The position numbers and the translations under genes were made by a program. From Candidatus Moraniibacteriota bacterium (GTDB lineage: Bacteria; Patescibacteriota; Minisyncoccia; Moranbacterales; UBA1568): a DNA stretch of 64,000 nucleotides. The notes beneath the pieces were generated by a model that was given only the letters and a program-made list of their open reading frames with translations, did no database searches and was not told where the DNA came from. The stretch spans positions 34,407 through 98,406 of the forward strand of contig JBPOIB010000003.1 of the NCBI GenBank assembly GCA_052034935.1. Direction: 5' to 3'. Within the stretch, counting starts at the first letter, position 1; every line of letters begins with the position of its first letter. Below, piece by piece: positions 16,847 to 27,033 of this stretch.

Positions 16847-19171
16847 CTATGGATTTTGCTGGCCGGTCCCGTTTTGTCCGGCATTACTTGACGGCTGATT
16901 GAAGGCGGCTTGCGCATTTTGCCAAGCCTGTGACCGCTGAGCAGTTTGCTGGGTCTGTGTTCCAACAGAATCTTTAATCTCAAGCAACACTTTCATATCT
17001 TCGGGCTTTAGCTCATCTGACCTGAGCACTTTATCAAATGCATCCTTCTGGTTCTTCGCCATCTCTTCAAAATAAGCGCGCGCCTCTGGATCCGTACCAT
17101 TCGCCTGGGCACTTTGAATGAGCCCACTCTGTTTCGATAGATCCTTACTGCCCATTTTTAGAACATCCTTATAGACCTGCGCTACCGGGATTGGTCCGGT
17201 TCCTGAAGTCATTCTCCGAGCAATTTCTGCTTGAATTCTATACTCGGCCTTATTCTCCTTCTTGAGCGCTCCACTGTAAGCCTGCTGTAAATCAGTTTGG
17301 CGAGAACCATAAACCGATACATCCTTTCCGTCCTTATCTTTCTTAGTCTCGCCCAACATGCCAATGATCTTAGCATTAGTCGTACTATCCATCGATCCGA
17401 CCGCCGACGGTTTTGCCTTATCAAGAACCTGGTTAAATTCATCAGCATTCCCCTTCACTGCATCAAGTGAATCTGCCAACTGATTGGCCGTTCGAATTTC
17501 TCCCATCTGAGCCAAAGAAAGAGCAGCTACTCGCTTATCAAAATCGGATGACTTACCATCTTTTAGAGTTTCAAAGTGTTTCGTTGCTGTCACACCCTTA
17601 TCGATATTCTCCTTTACTGCCTTACGGGCACGATCGGTCTCGAGACTTCTGAGTTCCGCATCCGCACCTTCCTTCGCTGTAGACCATCCGCCTTCCCTCT
17701 GGACTCGGCCTTTACCGGCCGCAAACCTATCTTCAATCGCTTCCTTTCGGCCTTTGGCCGTCATAAACTTCGGAATATTTTTCCCAAATACTTTTCCACC
17801 GTCCGTAAACGATTCTTTCACGCCAGCCAATTCACCCCTCAATCGGTCATATGGCAACACCATGCGAGCCGTGCCGCCAGCAACGCTCTTCGCCGTGTTT
17901 CCGGCGAATTTGGCGGTATTGACGACTTTTGTCTTGGTATAATTTCCGATCGCCCGCGGCAAAGCATAACCGAGGCCGACGACGACCGAGGCGCCAACCA
18001 AACTCGATCTGCTTGCCATGCCGATGGTGAACCAGATCATGATGATCGGGATACAGAAGAAAACCACCTGAGCGAGAAAAGTTGCAGAAGCCGCATCCGG
18101 CGACTGGCCGCTCGAGTAGTCTCCGAGGCTCTTCCAAATGCCGCTCCCGGCAACGCCAGCCATGAATTTGATGCTGATCATCAGCATCAGTGCCGCCGAA
18201 GGTCCGAAAAGCGCGTATTTCCAAAAATACTCCCACCATTCGCGTCCGAATTTATCGAGACCCGGGAGGAGCGAGGCAGCAAAACCGATCGGGGAAAAGA
18301 TGAGCAGCATCGTGAGCGCGATCAGCCGGATGATCATCATGAGCGCGAGGACGAACAATGAGATGCTGAAGAGAAAAACGAAGATGATGCCCATGATGAG
18401 CGGTGCCATATCCCCTTCCTGAACATTGGTAAAGGCGGTCGCTCCGGTTCCCGAATAAGCGAACATCGACTGCATAGCGATCATCCCACCGGAACTTTTT
18501 CCGTCCCCGAGCACATCATTGATGAAGTAATACATCGGCACATTGGCGGCATCAATGAGGAAACGCGTGATTGGAAAGCTGAAATTGATGAAAAGCGCCA
18601 CGAGGAGAATATTCTTGAAGATATTCCGGATATTGAAACTGTCGACTTGGAAAATAGTAGCGAACGCGGAAAAAAGAAGGATAAGGATGAAGAAAAGATT
18701 GAAAAAATCCCGGATGAACTGCCAGAGGTTATAGACGGCGGGAAGATTCAATGTTCCACTAGTACCCGTCATCGTTGCCGGGTCGACCGTCCAAGCAAAA
18801 CCGGTCGCCGCTGGTATCATGACGAAGCGGAACAGGAAACTGAGAAACATCCCCAAAAGCTCGATGATGAGGTTTTTCAGGTGACAGCCAAATTCAAAAG
18901 TATCACAGGTACCTGGGGTAACAACCGGCGGAGCCGCCGGCGTTTGGCTCGTAGCACTGGCATCTTTTTTCCCGAGATCTTTGGTTTGTTCGTAAGGTCC
19001 AACACCTGCTGCATATGCTCCTTCAGGCGCCATTCCAGGATTATCTGCATGGACGTCAGCTACAAGGAAAAACCCACCCTGAACAAACAGTATCGCGAGA
19101 AGAATAAAACTGAGTCTCTTTTGTATTTTCTTTTTTTGCAACCACCCCATAAAAAGCAAGATATAGCGCAC
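16847..19171 (-). CDS. VirB6/TrbL-like polytopic membrane protein
   Basis: W..IRDFFN.FF and IRLIALTMLLIFSPIGF...WW motifs; long hydrophilic C-terminal tail. Confidence 0.75.
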   Translation of the reverse strand: MRYILLFMGWLQKKKIQKRLSFILLAILFVQGGFFLVADVHADNPGMAPEGAYAAGVGPYEQTKDLGKKDASATSQTPAAPPVVTPGTCDTFEFGCHLKNLIIELLGMFLSFLFRFVMIPAATGFAWTVDPATMTGTSGTLNLPAVYNLWQFIRDFFNLFFILILLFSAFATIFQVDSFNIRNIFKNILLVALFINFSFPITRFLIDAANVPMYYFINDVLGDGKSSGGMIAMQSMFAYSGTGATAFTNVQEGDMAPLIMGIIFVFLFSISLFVLALMMIIRLIALTMLLIFSPIGFAASLLPGLDKFGREWWEYFWKYALFGPSAALMLMISIKFMAGVAGSGIWKSLGDYSSGQSPDAASATFLAQVVFFCIPIIMIWFTIGMASRSSLVGASVVVGLGYALPRAIGNYTKTKVVNTAKFAGNTAKSVAGGTARMVLPYDRLRGELAGVKESFTDGGKVFGKNIPKFMTAKGRKEAIEDRFAAGKGRVQREGGWSTAKEGADAELRSLETDRARKAVKENIDKGVTATKHFETLKDGKSSDFDKRVAALSLAQMGEIRTANQLADSLDAVKGNADEFNQVLDKAKPSAVGSMDSTTNAKIIGMLGETKKDKDGKDVSVYGSRQTDLQQAYSGALKKENKAEYRIQAEIARRMTSGTGPIPVAQVYKDVLKMGSKDLSKQSGLIQSAQANGTDPEARAYFEEMAKNQKDAFDKVLRSDELKPEDMKVLLEIKDSVGTQTQQTAQRSQAWQNAQAAFNQPSSNAGQNGTGQQNP

Positions 19172-19302
19172 TCAGTCAATATGAGAAATTATATCACAAG
19201 AAACATCATTTTCCGTAAAGAAAAACCTCCTTTATCTGAAAGAGGTTTCTTATTAGCTGCACTTGCTTCCGTAGCTGTTCAGACCCAATTGTCTTCGCGA
19301 GT

Positions 19303-20709
19303 CTAATACACGTACCCTTTGATGACGCGGCTGTTTCGCGACAACTGGCGAACACTCTTTTTCGCCCAACCGGTATAGTTCATCTCAGAAACCGTAATCG
19401 TATCCTTCGTTACCTTTTCGACATAGGCGACATGGCCATAATAGCGATCTTCAGTCGTGACAACGATTGATCCGACCGTCGGAGTCTTACCGGTCTTATA
19501 GCCGTAGGCACGGGCATTGTAGAGCCAGGTTCCCGCATTGCCACCCCAGGGAACATAGCGTTTCTGAGCCACGAACCAGGTACAGTAGCCGTAGGGGAAG
19601 CGATGGCCTTGGCTGATTTTCCCCTCCTTTGGTCGCGAGAAGCTCGGCGTGATGTCGGTGGCCGCTCCGCCGCTGGTCTGAGATGCATACTCGCGCCGCG
19701 CGAGCCCGGTCGAGTCTTGGCTCTGCGGGGGGAGCTCCTTCACTCCGCCCGGGATAACAATCTCCTCGCCGTCCGTCAGCTTCCCGTTCGCCGGCAATCC
19801 GTTGAAAGAAATAATCTGGCTTCGATCAGCCTTATACTTGGTGGCAATTGCATCGAGCGTATCCCCCGCCTGGACCTTATAGTTGAATCCACTCACCGGA
19901 GGGACGAAGATCTGGTCCCCCGGCTTGATGGAGTCGACATTATCAAGGACATTCGCCCAAAGAATCGTATTGACGGTCACACCGTTGGCGGCAGCGATGC
20001 CGGAAACCGTATCACCCAGCTGGACCGTGTAGAGCTTCACACCCCCGTCTTCTTCGGGCTCGCGAGCCCGCTGTGCGCTCATGGCACTAGTCAGGAACAT
20101 CTGATTTTCAGGCGACAGATACGCCTCTTCAAGCACGTCCGTGTCTGTTTTTGCCGAAAGATCGGCCGGTGTCGGGGCAGTGGCAAGAGAAACGAGCGAG
20201 AGGTTATGCCGCTTGGACTCCTGCGCGGCTCGGCGAGGCACGATTCGTCGCTCGGAAGACGAATCTATACCGAAGAAGCTGAGCAAGCGCTCTCGGCCGC
20301 CGGTCTCTTGAGCGTAATTAGTGATGGAAACAAGCGCCGCCGCTGAAATGACCAAGGAAAAAGCGGCATATTTTCGAAAAAGAATCACCGGGACATACCC
20401 CGAACGCTCTTTAAACCAGATAAGGAATTTGGTCTGCCACTGATGAAACGTGGTATTCCATTGCGTAAAATCAACCAGCTTTCTGGTTTTAGACCACCAT
20501 TTCTTCCCGCCTGATGAAAAGTTCAAAGAGATACCTGCACCCTTTCTTTTGGGAATATCGCTAGTTTCCGCCGTGGCAAGCCAGGACCAAAACATCGCTG
20601 AATTCCCCCAAGAGTTACAGAAGGCAGCATAACCAAAAAGCCCGCTTTGGTCAATCTGATTTTCGCTCTTTTTCTTGGATTTTCCCTTATTTGAGCTAAA
20701 AAGTTCCAA
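19303..20709 (-). CDS. LysM + CHAP peptidoglycan hydrolase; start uncertain
   Basis: Two LysM domains (YTVQLGDTVSGIA, YKVQAGDTLDAIA); CHAP motifs YGYCTW, GNAGTW, GHVAYVE, SEMN. Confidence 0.9.
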   Translation of the reverse strand: MELFSSNKGKSKKKSENQIDQSGLFGYAAFCNSWGNSAMFWSWLATAETSDIPKRKGAGISLNFSSGGKKWWSKTRKLVDFTQWNTTFHQWQTKFLIWFKERSGYVPVILFRKYAAFSLVISAAALVSITNYAQETGGRERLLSFFGIDSSSERRIVPRRAAQESKRHNLSLVSLATAPTPADLSAKTDTDVLEEAYLSPENQMFLTSAMSAQRAREPEEDGGVKLYTVQLGDTVSGIAAANGVTVNTILWANVLDNVDSIKPGDQIFVPPVSGFNYKVQAGDTLDAIATKYKADRSQIISFNGLPANGKLTDGEEIVIPGGVKELPPQSQDSTGLARREYASQTSGGAATDITPSFSRPKEGKISQGHRFPYGYCTWFVAQKRYVPWGGNAGTWLYNARAYGYKTGKTPTVGSIVVTTEDRYYGHVAYVEKVTKDTITVSEMNYTGWAKKSVRQLSRNSRVIKGYVY

Positions 20710-20806
20710 GGGGTCATCACGCCATGCTGGACGAGTACCGGAGCAACTTTAGATAGAAACTCAGCATTGAATGGAAATCATTGCTACAATTCACTTATGT
20801 CGCATA

Positions 20807-21781
20807 ATGTTTATGATTTTCTTTGACCCGCCGAAAAATGAAATTGAACGTCTCGCGAAAGAGTTCTCTGAGCACCTCGAGATTGAAATGAGCCGATCGC
20901 CCCGGACGCTTTCAAGCTATTCCCAGGCCTTGGCGGCTTTTTTCACTTGGGGGGAAATCGAGAGGCCGACTGATATGACGAGCGAGAAAATTCGGCAATA
21001 CCGTCTTTTCCTCAATCGTAAAGTCACTCGCCAGAATACAACCCTGAAACGCAGCACCCAGGCCTATCACGCGATTGTGCTCCGGACCTTCCTCAAATAC
21101 CTCTCCAAGCATGATGTCGTTGCCCTCGCCCCGGAAAAAATCGAGATCGGTCGCGTCCCGGAACGCCAGGTCGATTTTCTGGAATATGATGAGGTGGAAC
21201 GGCTGCTCGCTGGACCAATGGGCGATACGGTACGTGCTAAACGCGACCGCGCCATCCTCGAACTCCTCTTTTCCGCCGGACTCCGCGTTTCCGAGCTAAC
21301 CGGTCTCGATCGCGACCAGGTCAATCTCGGCAAAGACGAATTCAGCGTCCGTGGAAAGGGGTCAAAACTCCGCATTGTTTTCCTCTCCCCCTCCGCCAAA
21401 GAGGCGATTGAGGACTATCTCAAATATCGTACTGATATCGACCCTGCTCTTTTCGTTTCGCATCCGAAAAAAGGCCTGGTGAATAAGAAAAATGCCGGGC
21501 GCGATACGCTTCGCCTTACGCCCCGGACCGTCGAACGCCTCGTGAAACACTACGCGAAGAAGGCCGGCATCCTGAAAGATGTGCATCCGCACACGCTTCG
21601 ACACAGTTTTGCCACCGATCTGCTCCAAAACGGTGCCGACATCCGCTCCGTTCAAGCGATGCTCGGGCACGCCTCAATCACGACGACCCAGATCTATACG
21701 CACGTCACGAACGAACGGCTGAAAGAAATCCATCAGACTTTTCATGCGAAGCAGTCACGGAAAAAGAAAAACGACAACTAG
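20807..21781 (+). CDS. XerC/XerD-like tyrosine recombinase
   Basis: GLRVSEL, GKGSK, HPHTLRHSFAT and LGHASITTTQIY; extended -10 TGCTACAAT at 20782-20790 favours a start at 20807 or 20813. Confidence 0.92.
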   Translation: MFMIFFDPPKNEIERLAKEFSEHLEIEMSRSPRTLSSYSQALAAFFTWGEIERPTDMTSEKIRQYRLFLNRKVTRQNTTLKRSTQAYHAIVLRTFLKYLSKHDVVALAPEKIEIGRVPERQVDFLEYDEVERLLAGPMGDTVRAKRDRAILELLFSAGLRVSELTGLDRDQVNLGKDEFSVRGKGSKLRIVFLSPSAKEAIEDYLKYRTDIDPALFVSHPKKGLVNKKNAGRDTLRLTPRTVERLVKHYAKKAGILKDVHPHTLRHSFATDLLQNGADIRSVQAMLGHASITTTQIYTHVTNERLKEIHQTFHAKQSRKKKNDN

Positions 21782-23100
21782 AAGAAGAACATGAAGAGCG
21801 CATTCGGAAACGATTTCTTTTGGAGCACATCGAAGGCTGACTGAAGTTCGCCCTCACGGCGGAGTGATTCGATCAAGACTGACTGACGGCGGTCTTCAAG
21901 GGAGGGATCATCAGTTCGCGGAAAAGTCGCAATCGCTTCACGCTCCCGGTCCAGCGCAACAAATGCCGCCTCGAACCTCTCTTTTTCTTCGCCGGCAACC
22001 GGTTTCAAACGGAACATCTGCTGAAACATATTCCCCTGTCGTTCGTGGAGCCATTGTTCGAGCGCGTACTCAGCCGCATGCAGCGTCCTCGCCAACCCTT
22101 CGAAAGTCTCTGTTGTTTCAGCTCGCAATTCTTCTCGGGAAACCTCTGGTATTTCTTCTTCTTTCTTTTCTTCCTGGATGCTCGTCCGATTCACGAGCCC
22201 GCCACATTCCCGGTCGATGAGACCAGCCTTGTTGCCACGAAAAATATTATCAATCGCTGAAATTGACCGGCGATAAAATGATGCATCCGCGCCACCGAGG
22301 CTTGGTGATAAACAGGACAGACCAAAACTCCGATTATCCGCAAAGGTATTACCTGAGAGCCTCACACTTCCCGGTGCTTTGCCGATGCCACTGTACGATT
22401 GGATTGTCAGGCCATCGGCTTTGTTGCCACGAAACGTATTATTCTGGATGACGAGTCGCGCCGAACCAGCAATGATTTCTGCACCACCCTCCCCATTGCC
22501 GATGAACTGATTGCCGGAAATCGTCCCTGTAACACCAGCCCGCACATCGAGACCCTCCTCATCATTATTATTGATGACATTGCCAGAAAGCATCAGATTT
22601 TTTCCGGGGAGAACATAGAGGCCTTTACGGTTATTCGTCACGCGGGAATTCCTCAGCGTCAGCGTACCGCCACCTTCCTGCGCGACGATGCCCGCGTCCT
22701 TGCCGCCACGGACCGTGACATTAATGAGCGTTACATTCGCTCCCTTTGCGATTGTGATGGGAATTTGATTCCCCGAAACGGTGACATTCGAGAGTGTCGC
22801 GCCGTTTTCGAGCTTGATATCACCCGAGATGATTGCCTTTCCCGGATTTGTCCCGGTCACCGTCACGCCGCTTCGGATAGTGAAATCCTCGTTTTCCTTT
22901 CCCTCAAAGAGAATCACCTTCTTGCCGGACTTCACCGCTTTTTCGAGTTCTTTGGTCGGCTTTTCCGCCGCGGTTGAGATGGCAGGAGAAAAGAGGAATG
23001 TAAGGAAAAGCCCGAAAAACAGGGCTTTCTTGAAATCGAATGGGGAGAGAGGGGGCATACTCATACGGCCCATTCTTTCAGACTTTCCGGAGCGGAGCAA
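21778..23100 (-). CDS. Secreted right-handed beta-helix protein
   Basis: Signal peptide and repeated I.GN.F.GN / N.F.GN turns. Confidence 0.75.
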   Translation of the reverse strand: MLRSGKSERMGRMSMPPLSPFDFKKALFFGLFLTFLFSPAISTAAEKPTKELEKAVKSGKKVILFEGKENEDFTIRSGVTVTGTNPGKAIISGDIKLENGATLSNVTVSGNQIPITIAKGANVTLINVTVRGGKDAGIVAQEGGGTLTLRNSRVTNNRKGLYVLPGKNLMLSGNVINNNDEEGLDVRAGVTGTISGNQFIGNGEGGAEIIAGSARLVIQNNTFRGNKADGLTIQSYSGIGKAPGSVRLSGNTFADNRSFGLSCLSPSLGGADASFYRRSISAIDNIFRGNKAGLIDRECGGLVNRTSIQEEKKEEEIPEVSREELRAETTETFEGLARTLHAAEYALEQWLHERQGNMFQQMFRLKPVAGEEKERFEAAFVALDREREAIATFPRTDDPSLEDRRQSVLIESLRREGELQSAFDVLQKKSFPNALFMFFF

Positions 23101-25303
23101 CCCCGAGCATCATTTTCTTTACACCGGCGCGCTTGAAGGCGACTGAAACCAGACTGCCGTCGAGCGCGATGACGAGACCGCTGCCGAACTGTTGGTGTTC
23201 GACCATATCGCCCGGCCGCAGGTCCTTGGCCGGAGCTATTGTTTCCCCCTCTATTTCTGCCGGTTTCGCCGCAGCGGTAAACCGACGGATCGGCGCCGCA
23301 TAGCTCTTCCGTTTCGGTTTGGAGAACGACAGATGGGTACCGTTCGACTCGCGCTTGATGATGAGTGCTTCCGGGATCTCTTCGACAAAACGCGATGGCG
23401 GGTTCATCTGTGTCGATCCGAAAATTGTCCGCATATCGGCATGGATGAGATAGGCCTTCGTCTTCGCGCGCGTGAGTGCCACATACATAAGCCGGCGTTC
23501 CTCTTCGAGCTCGGGCGCCGAAAGCGCGCTCCTCGAATGCGGGAATATCCCTTCCTCGAGGCCAATAATGAAAACGACCGGAAACTCGAGACCCTTCGCT
23601 GAGTGCACCGTCATGAGGTGGATGGCGTCCGATCGCTGATCAATCGTGTCCGTATCGGACGCGAGCGCCACTTCCTCGAGGAAACGACTGATGGCTTCAC
23701 GGACCGGCACTCCGTCAAATTTTTGAGCGACTGAAAATAATTCCTGGACGTTCTCCTCGCGCACTTCGCCCTCCGGTGTACCATCGCGGAGACTCTCGAG
23801 ATAGCCACTCTCACGCGTGATGACATCAAGCAGCATGCGGAGCGTCAGGCCCTCCTCATGAAGCAGGCTGTCCTGCCAATGAGCGAAGAGATCGGTAAAA
23901 TTCTCAATCGTCTTGATCTTCCGTTCCGGTAACAGGTTCTCTGCTTTGAGCGCACCAGTCGCGGAAAGGAAGTCCAGACCCTTCGCTCGGGCCATATCCA
24001 CCCAGATCTTGAGCGTGGTCGGTCCGATACCGCGTTTCGGTTCATTGACTACGCGCTCGAGCGCGATGAAGTCTTTCGGATTCGACAGGAAACGGACATA
24101 CGAAATAACATCCTTCACCTCTTTGCGCTGATAGAACTTCAGTCCGCCGACGATCCGGTAGGGCAGGTTCTCGCGAAGAAACGCTTCTTCAATACTCCGC
24201 GACTGAGCATTCGTCCGGTAGAGGATAGCGAAGGAGTGGTAGGGAAGTTGTTTCTCCCGGACCAGTGTCTTGATCTCGCGCGCGACGAAGCCCGCTTCAT
24301 CATCTTCGCTTTCAGCCGGATAGAGCGCGATTGAGTCGCCCGCCCCCTCGTTCGTCCAGAGCTTCTTGTGGCGCTGATTTGCATTGTTGCTGATGACGGC
24401 CGTCGCTGCGTCGAGGATAATCTGCGTCGAACGATAGTTCTGGTCGAGAGTAATAACCACTGCCTCGGGATAATCTGTCTCGAACGAGAGGATATTGCGG
24501 ATATCTGCCTGTCGCCAGGAGTAGATTGACTGGTAGTCGTCGCCGATGACGAAAAGATTGCGATACTTCGCCGCAAGGAGCTTCACCAAGCGATACTGGA
24601 GCGGGTTCGTATCCTGATACTCGTCCACCATGATATAGCGGAAGGTCTCTTGGTAGCGCTCGAGTACGTCGGGATGCTCGGCCAAGAGCCGAACAGTGAG
24701 GAGAATGAGGTCGTCGAAATCAAGCGCGTTCGCTTCCTGGAGCCCCTGCTGGTAGCGGGCGTAGACTTTCCCGACGAGCTCTTCGAAATAGCTCTCCGCC
24801 ATACTGAGAAAACGGTCCGGGGAGAGCTCACGGCTCTTCGCACCAGAAATCGCTTCGAGGACGGAGCGTGGCTTCACCTGGTCCGGATTCATCTCGAGCT
24901 CTTTCATCGATTTCTTGACGAGCGCAATCTGTTCGTCGGCATCGATGATATTGAAGTCCTTGCTGTAGCCAAGCCGGTCGATATCGCGCCGGAGGATACG
25001 GGCCGAGATATTGTGGAACGTCCCGATGAATTGCGGCATCCGAAAGTGCTTTCCCCCATCCTGCACCGCCTGCTCGAGCATCCGTTCCACGCGCTCACGC
25101 ATCTCCTGGGCCGCTTTATTCGTGAATGTGACCGCCAAGATGGATTCCGGTGCTACTCCCTTGCCGGCAAGCAGATAGGCGATGCGATGAGTCAATGTCT
25201 TTGTCTTACCACTCCCCGCTCCTGCCAAGATCAAGACCGGCCCCTCGGTCGTATCGACGGCGCGCTTCTGCTCTGGATTGAGCCCGGATTCCCAAAATGA
25301 CAT
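23078..25303 (-). CDS. pcrA: ATP-dependent DNA helicase PcrA/UvrD
   Basis: AGAGSGKT, VDEYQD, GDDYQSIY, NYRS, HSAKGLEF and EERRLMYVALTRA; C-terminal Tudor-like domain. Confidence 0.96.
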   Translation of the reverse strand: MSFWESGLNPEQKRAVDTTEGPVLILAGAGSGKTKTLTHRIAYLLAGKGVAPESILAVTFTNKAAQEMRERVERMLEQAVQDGGKHFRMPQFIGTFHNISARILRRDIDRLGYSKDFNIIDADEQIALVKKSMKELEMNPDQVKPRSVLEAISGAKSRELSPDRFLSMAESYFEELVGKVYARYQQGLQEANALDFDDLILLTVRLLAEHPDVLERYQETFRYIMVDEYQDTNPLQYRLVKLLAAKYRNLFVIGDDYQSIYSWRQADIRNILSFETDYPEAVVITLDQNYRSTQIILDAATAVISNNANQRHKKLWTNEGAGDSIALYPAESEDDEAGFVAREIKTLVREKQLPYHSFAILYRTNAQSRSIEEAFLRENLPYRIVGGLKFYQRKEVKDVISYVRFLSNPKDFIALERVVNEPKRGIGPTTLKIWVDMARAKGLDFLSATGALKAENLLPERKIKTIENFTDLFAHWQDSLLHEEGLTLRMLLDVITRESGYLESLRDGTPEGEVREENVQELFSVAQKFDGVPVREAISRFLEEVALASDTDTIDQRSDAIHLMTVHSAKGLEFPVVFIIGLEEGIFPHSRSALSAPELEEERRLMYVALTRAKTKAYLIHADMRTIFGSTQMNPPSRFVEEIPEALIIKRESNGTHLSFSKPKRKSYAAPIRRFTAAAKPAEIEGETIAPAKDLRPGDMVEHQQFGSGLVIALDGSLVSVAFKRAGVKKMMLGVAPLRKV

Positions 25304-25398
25304 AGGTTTACATTGTAGCATTCATCCCTGATTCTTCACTCATCCAAGCCTTTTTCGGCCGAAACTGCAGAAAATACTGCATGGTATAATGGGAAACT

Positions 25399-27033
25399 AT
25401 GCAAACAAAACTCCTCAAAATACTTGAAAAGATTGAGAATCGGCCACTTTCCCTCGGGACCTTCGTCGTGACCCTTCTCGCCATCATCGCCATCCGAATC
25501 GTCCTCGAAAACTACCTCGACAATATCCCTTTCCGCTTCTCGGATCAGTTTTTCTATCAGTTTTCCCATCACTTTCTCACTTTCTCGACGATTTTTCTTT
25601 CCGCCCTCCCCGTCCTCGTCTGGGCGGGAAAGGTCGGTATCCGAGGAGCGGCCAATATCCTTCTCAGTGGCTTTCTCGTCATCTGGACGCCGCCGATTGT
25701 CGACGAGATTATTTCGCGCGGTGCAGGACTCTGGAGCTTCTATAGCTTCGACAGTCTGCTCGGCCTATTCAAACGGTACATCACCTTTTTTGGTGATAAG
25801 CCCGACATCGGCATCACCTACGGCGTCCGCTTCGAGGTCGGCCTCGTCGTCCTGCTCGTCCTCGTTTACGCCTGGCTCAAATCGCACTCACCAGTCCGGA
25901 CGCTCGCGAGCGGTATCCTCCTCTACACTGTTCTTTTTATCATCGGTGTTCTCCCTTCCATCATTACCATTCTCCTCCTCGGGCCAAGCACTGGATTTCT
26001 CGCCGTCAGCGAACAGGATGTCGCCCGGGTGATGCTCTCTCCAGCGCCGCTTTTCATCTTCAATCCACCAGGAATTGAGAGTGTCCTCGCAATCAAAATG
26101 ACGACTCAGTACGCCGTACTCATCGTCCCCCTCATCGCCGGTCTCACCTTCTTCTTTTTCCGCCGTATCTTTTGGGCGCTCTATCATAACGCCCGCTTCC
26201 CCCAGCTCGTCTACCATGTTGGACTTTTCTCGGTCGGCGCCGGACTCACGTGGCTCTATGGAACCAACGCCTTCCAATTCGACATCTTCCACATCGCCGG
26301 TACCATCATTTGTCTCATCGCGGTCGGCTGTGCCTGGCTCGCGTCGGTTGTCATGAATGATTTCCGGGATATCGCCATCGATCGAGTGACCAATCCTCAT
26401 CGCCCGCTTGTGACCGGAGTGATTGACCCAGCGACTTATCAGACTATCGGCATACTGTTCTTCACCGCTTCAATCTTTCTCTCGGCTATCATCTCGACGC
26501 AAATGATGCTCCTCCTCACGGTATACCAGTTTTTCGCCTATCTTTACTCCGCCGATCCGCTCCGACTCAAACAGTATCCGTTCATCGCCACCGCACTCGC
26601 AGCGAGTGCCAGCCTACTCATCCTCTTCTCCGGTTTCATCGTCTTCTCGGCAGAAAAAAATATCGCTGCGATCCCGGTTTCATACGTCGCACTCCTCTTC
26701 TTTGCCTACCTCGCCATCATTCCAATCAAGGATTTCAAAGATATCGCTGGTGATAAAGCCGACGGCGTTACCACTCTCCCGGTTCTCTTCGGCGAAGATC
26801 GTGCCAAACGGATTATCGGTGCAGCCGCCTTTCTTGTCTTTGTCATTTCACCGTTCATCCTTTCACTGAAAAGCCTCTTCCCACTCGGCATGTTCTTCGG
26901 CGCAGTGGCTTTCTGGATGTTGCAGCTCTCGTCGGCTGATCACCGCTATCTTTCCTATCGAAAACTCGCCGGCTGGTTCGTCGCTCTCGTTGCTAGTTAC
27001 GGTACATTCATCACGCTTGCTCTCGTCAAATAG
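25399..27033 (+). CDS. UbiA prenyltransferase family protein with an N-terminal membrane extension
   Basis: NDFRDIAIDRVTNPHRPL and KDFKDIAGD...GVTTLP Asp-rich motifs. Confidence 0.85.
   Translation: MQTKLLKILEKIENRPLSLGTFVVTLLAIIAIRIVLENYLDNIPFRFSDQFFYQFSHHFLTFSTIFLSALPVLVWAGKVGIRGAANILLSGFLVIWTPPIVDEIISRGAGLWSFYSFDSLLGLFKRYITFFGDKPDIGITYGVRFEVGLVVLLVLVYAWLKSHSPVRTLASGILLYTVLFIIGVLPSIITILLLGPSTGFLAVSEQDVARVMLSPAPLFIFNPPGIESVLAIKMTTQYAVLIVPLIAGLTFFFFRRIFWALYHNARFPQLVYHVGLFSVGAGLTWLYGTNAFQFDIFHIAGTIICLIAVGCAWLASVVMNDFRDIAIDRVTNPHRPLVTGVIDPATYQTIGILFFTASIFLSAIISTQMMLLLTVYQFFAYLYSADPLRLKQYPFIATALAASASLLILFSGFIVFSAEKNIAAIPVSYVALLFFAYLAIIPIKDFKDIAGDKADGVTTLPVLFGEDRAKRIIGAAAFLVFVISPFILSLKSLFPLGMFFGAVAFWMLQLSSADHRYLSYRKLAGWFVALVASYGTFITLALVK

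Noticed and set aside
20807-21781. Integrase of a prophage or ICE
   Set aside because: It has a typical chromosomal Xer sequence among core genes, with no phage genes or flanking att repeats seen.
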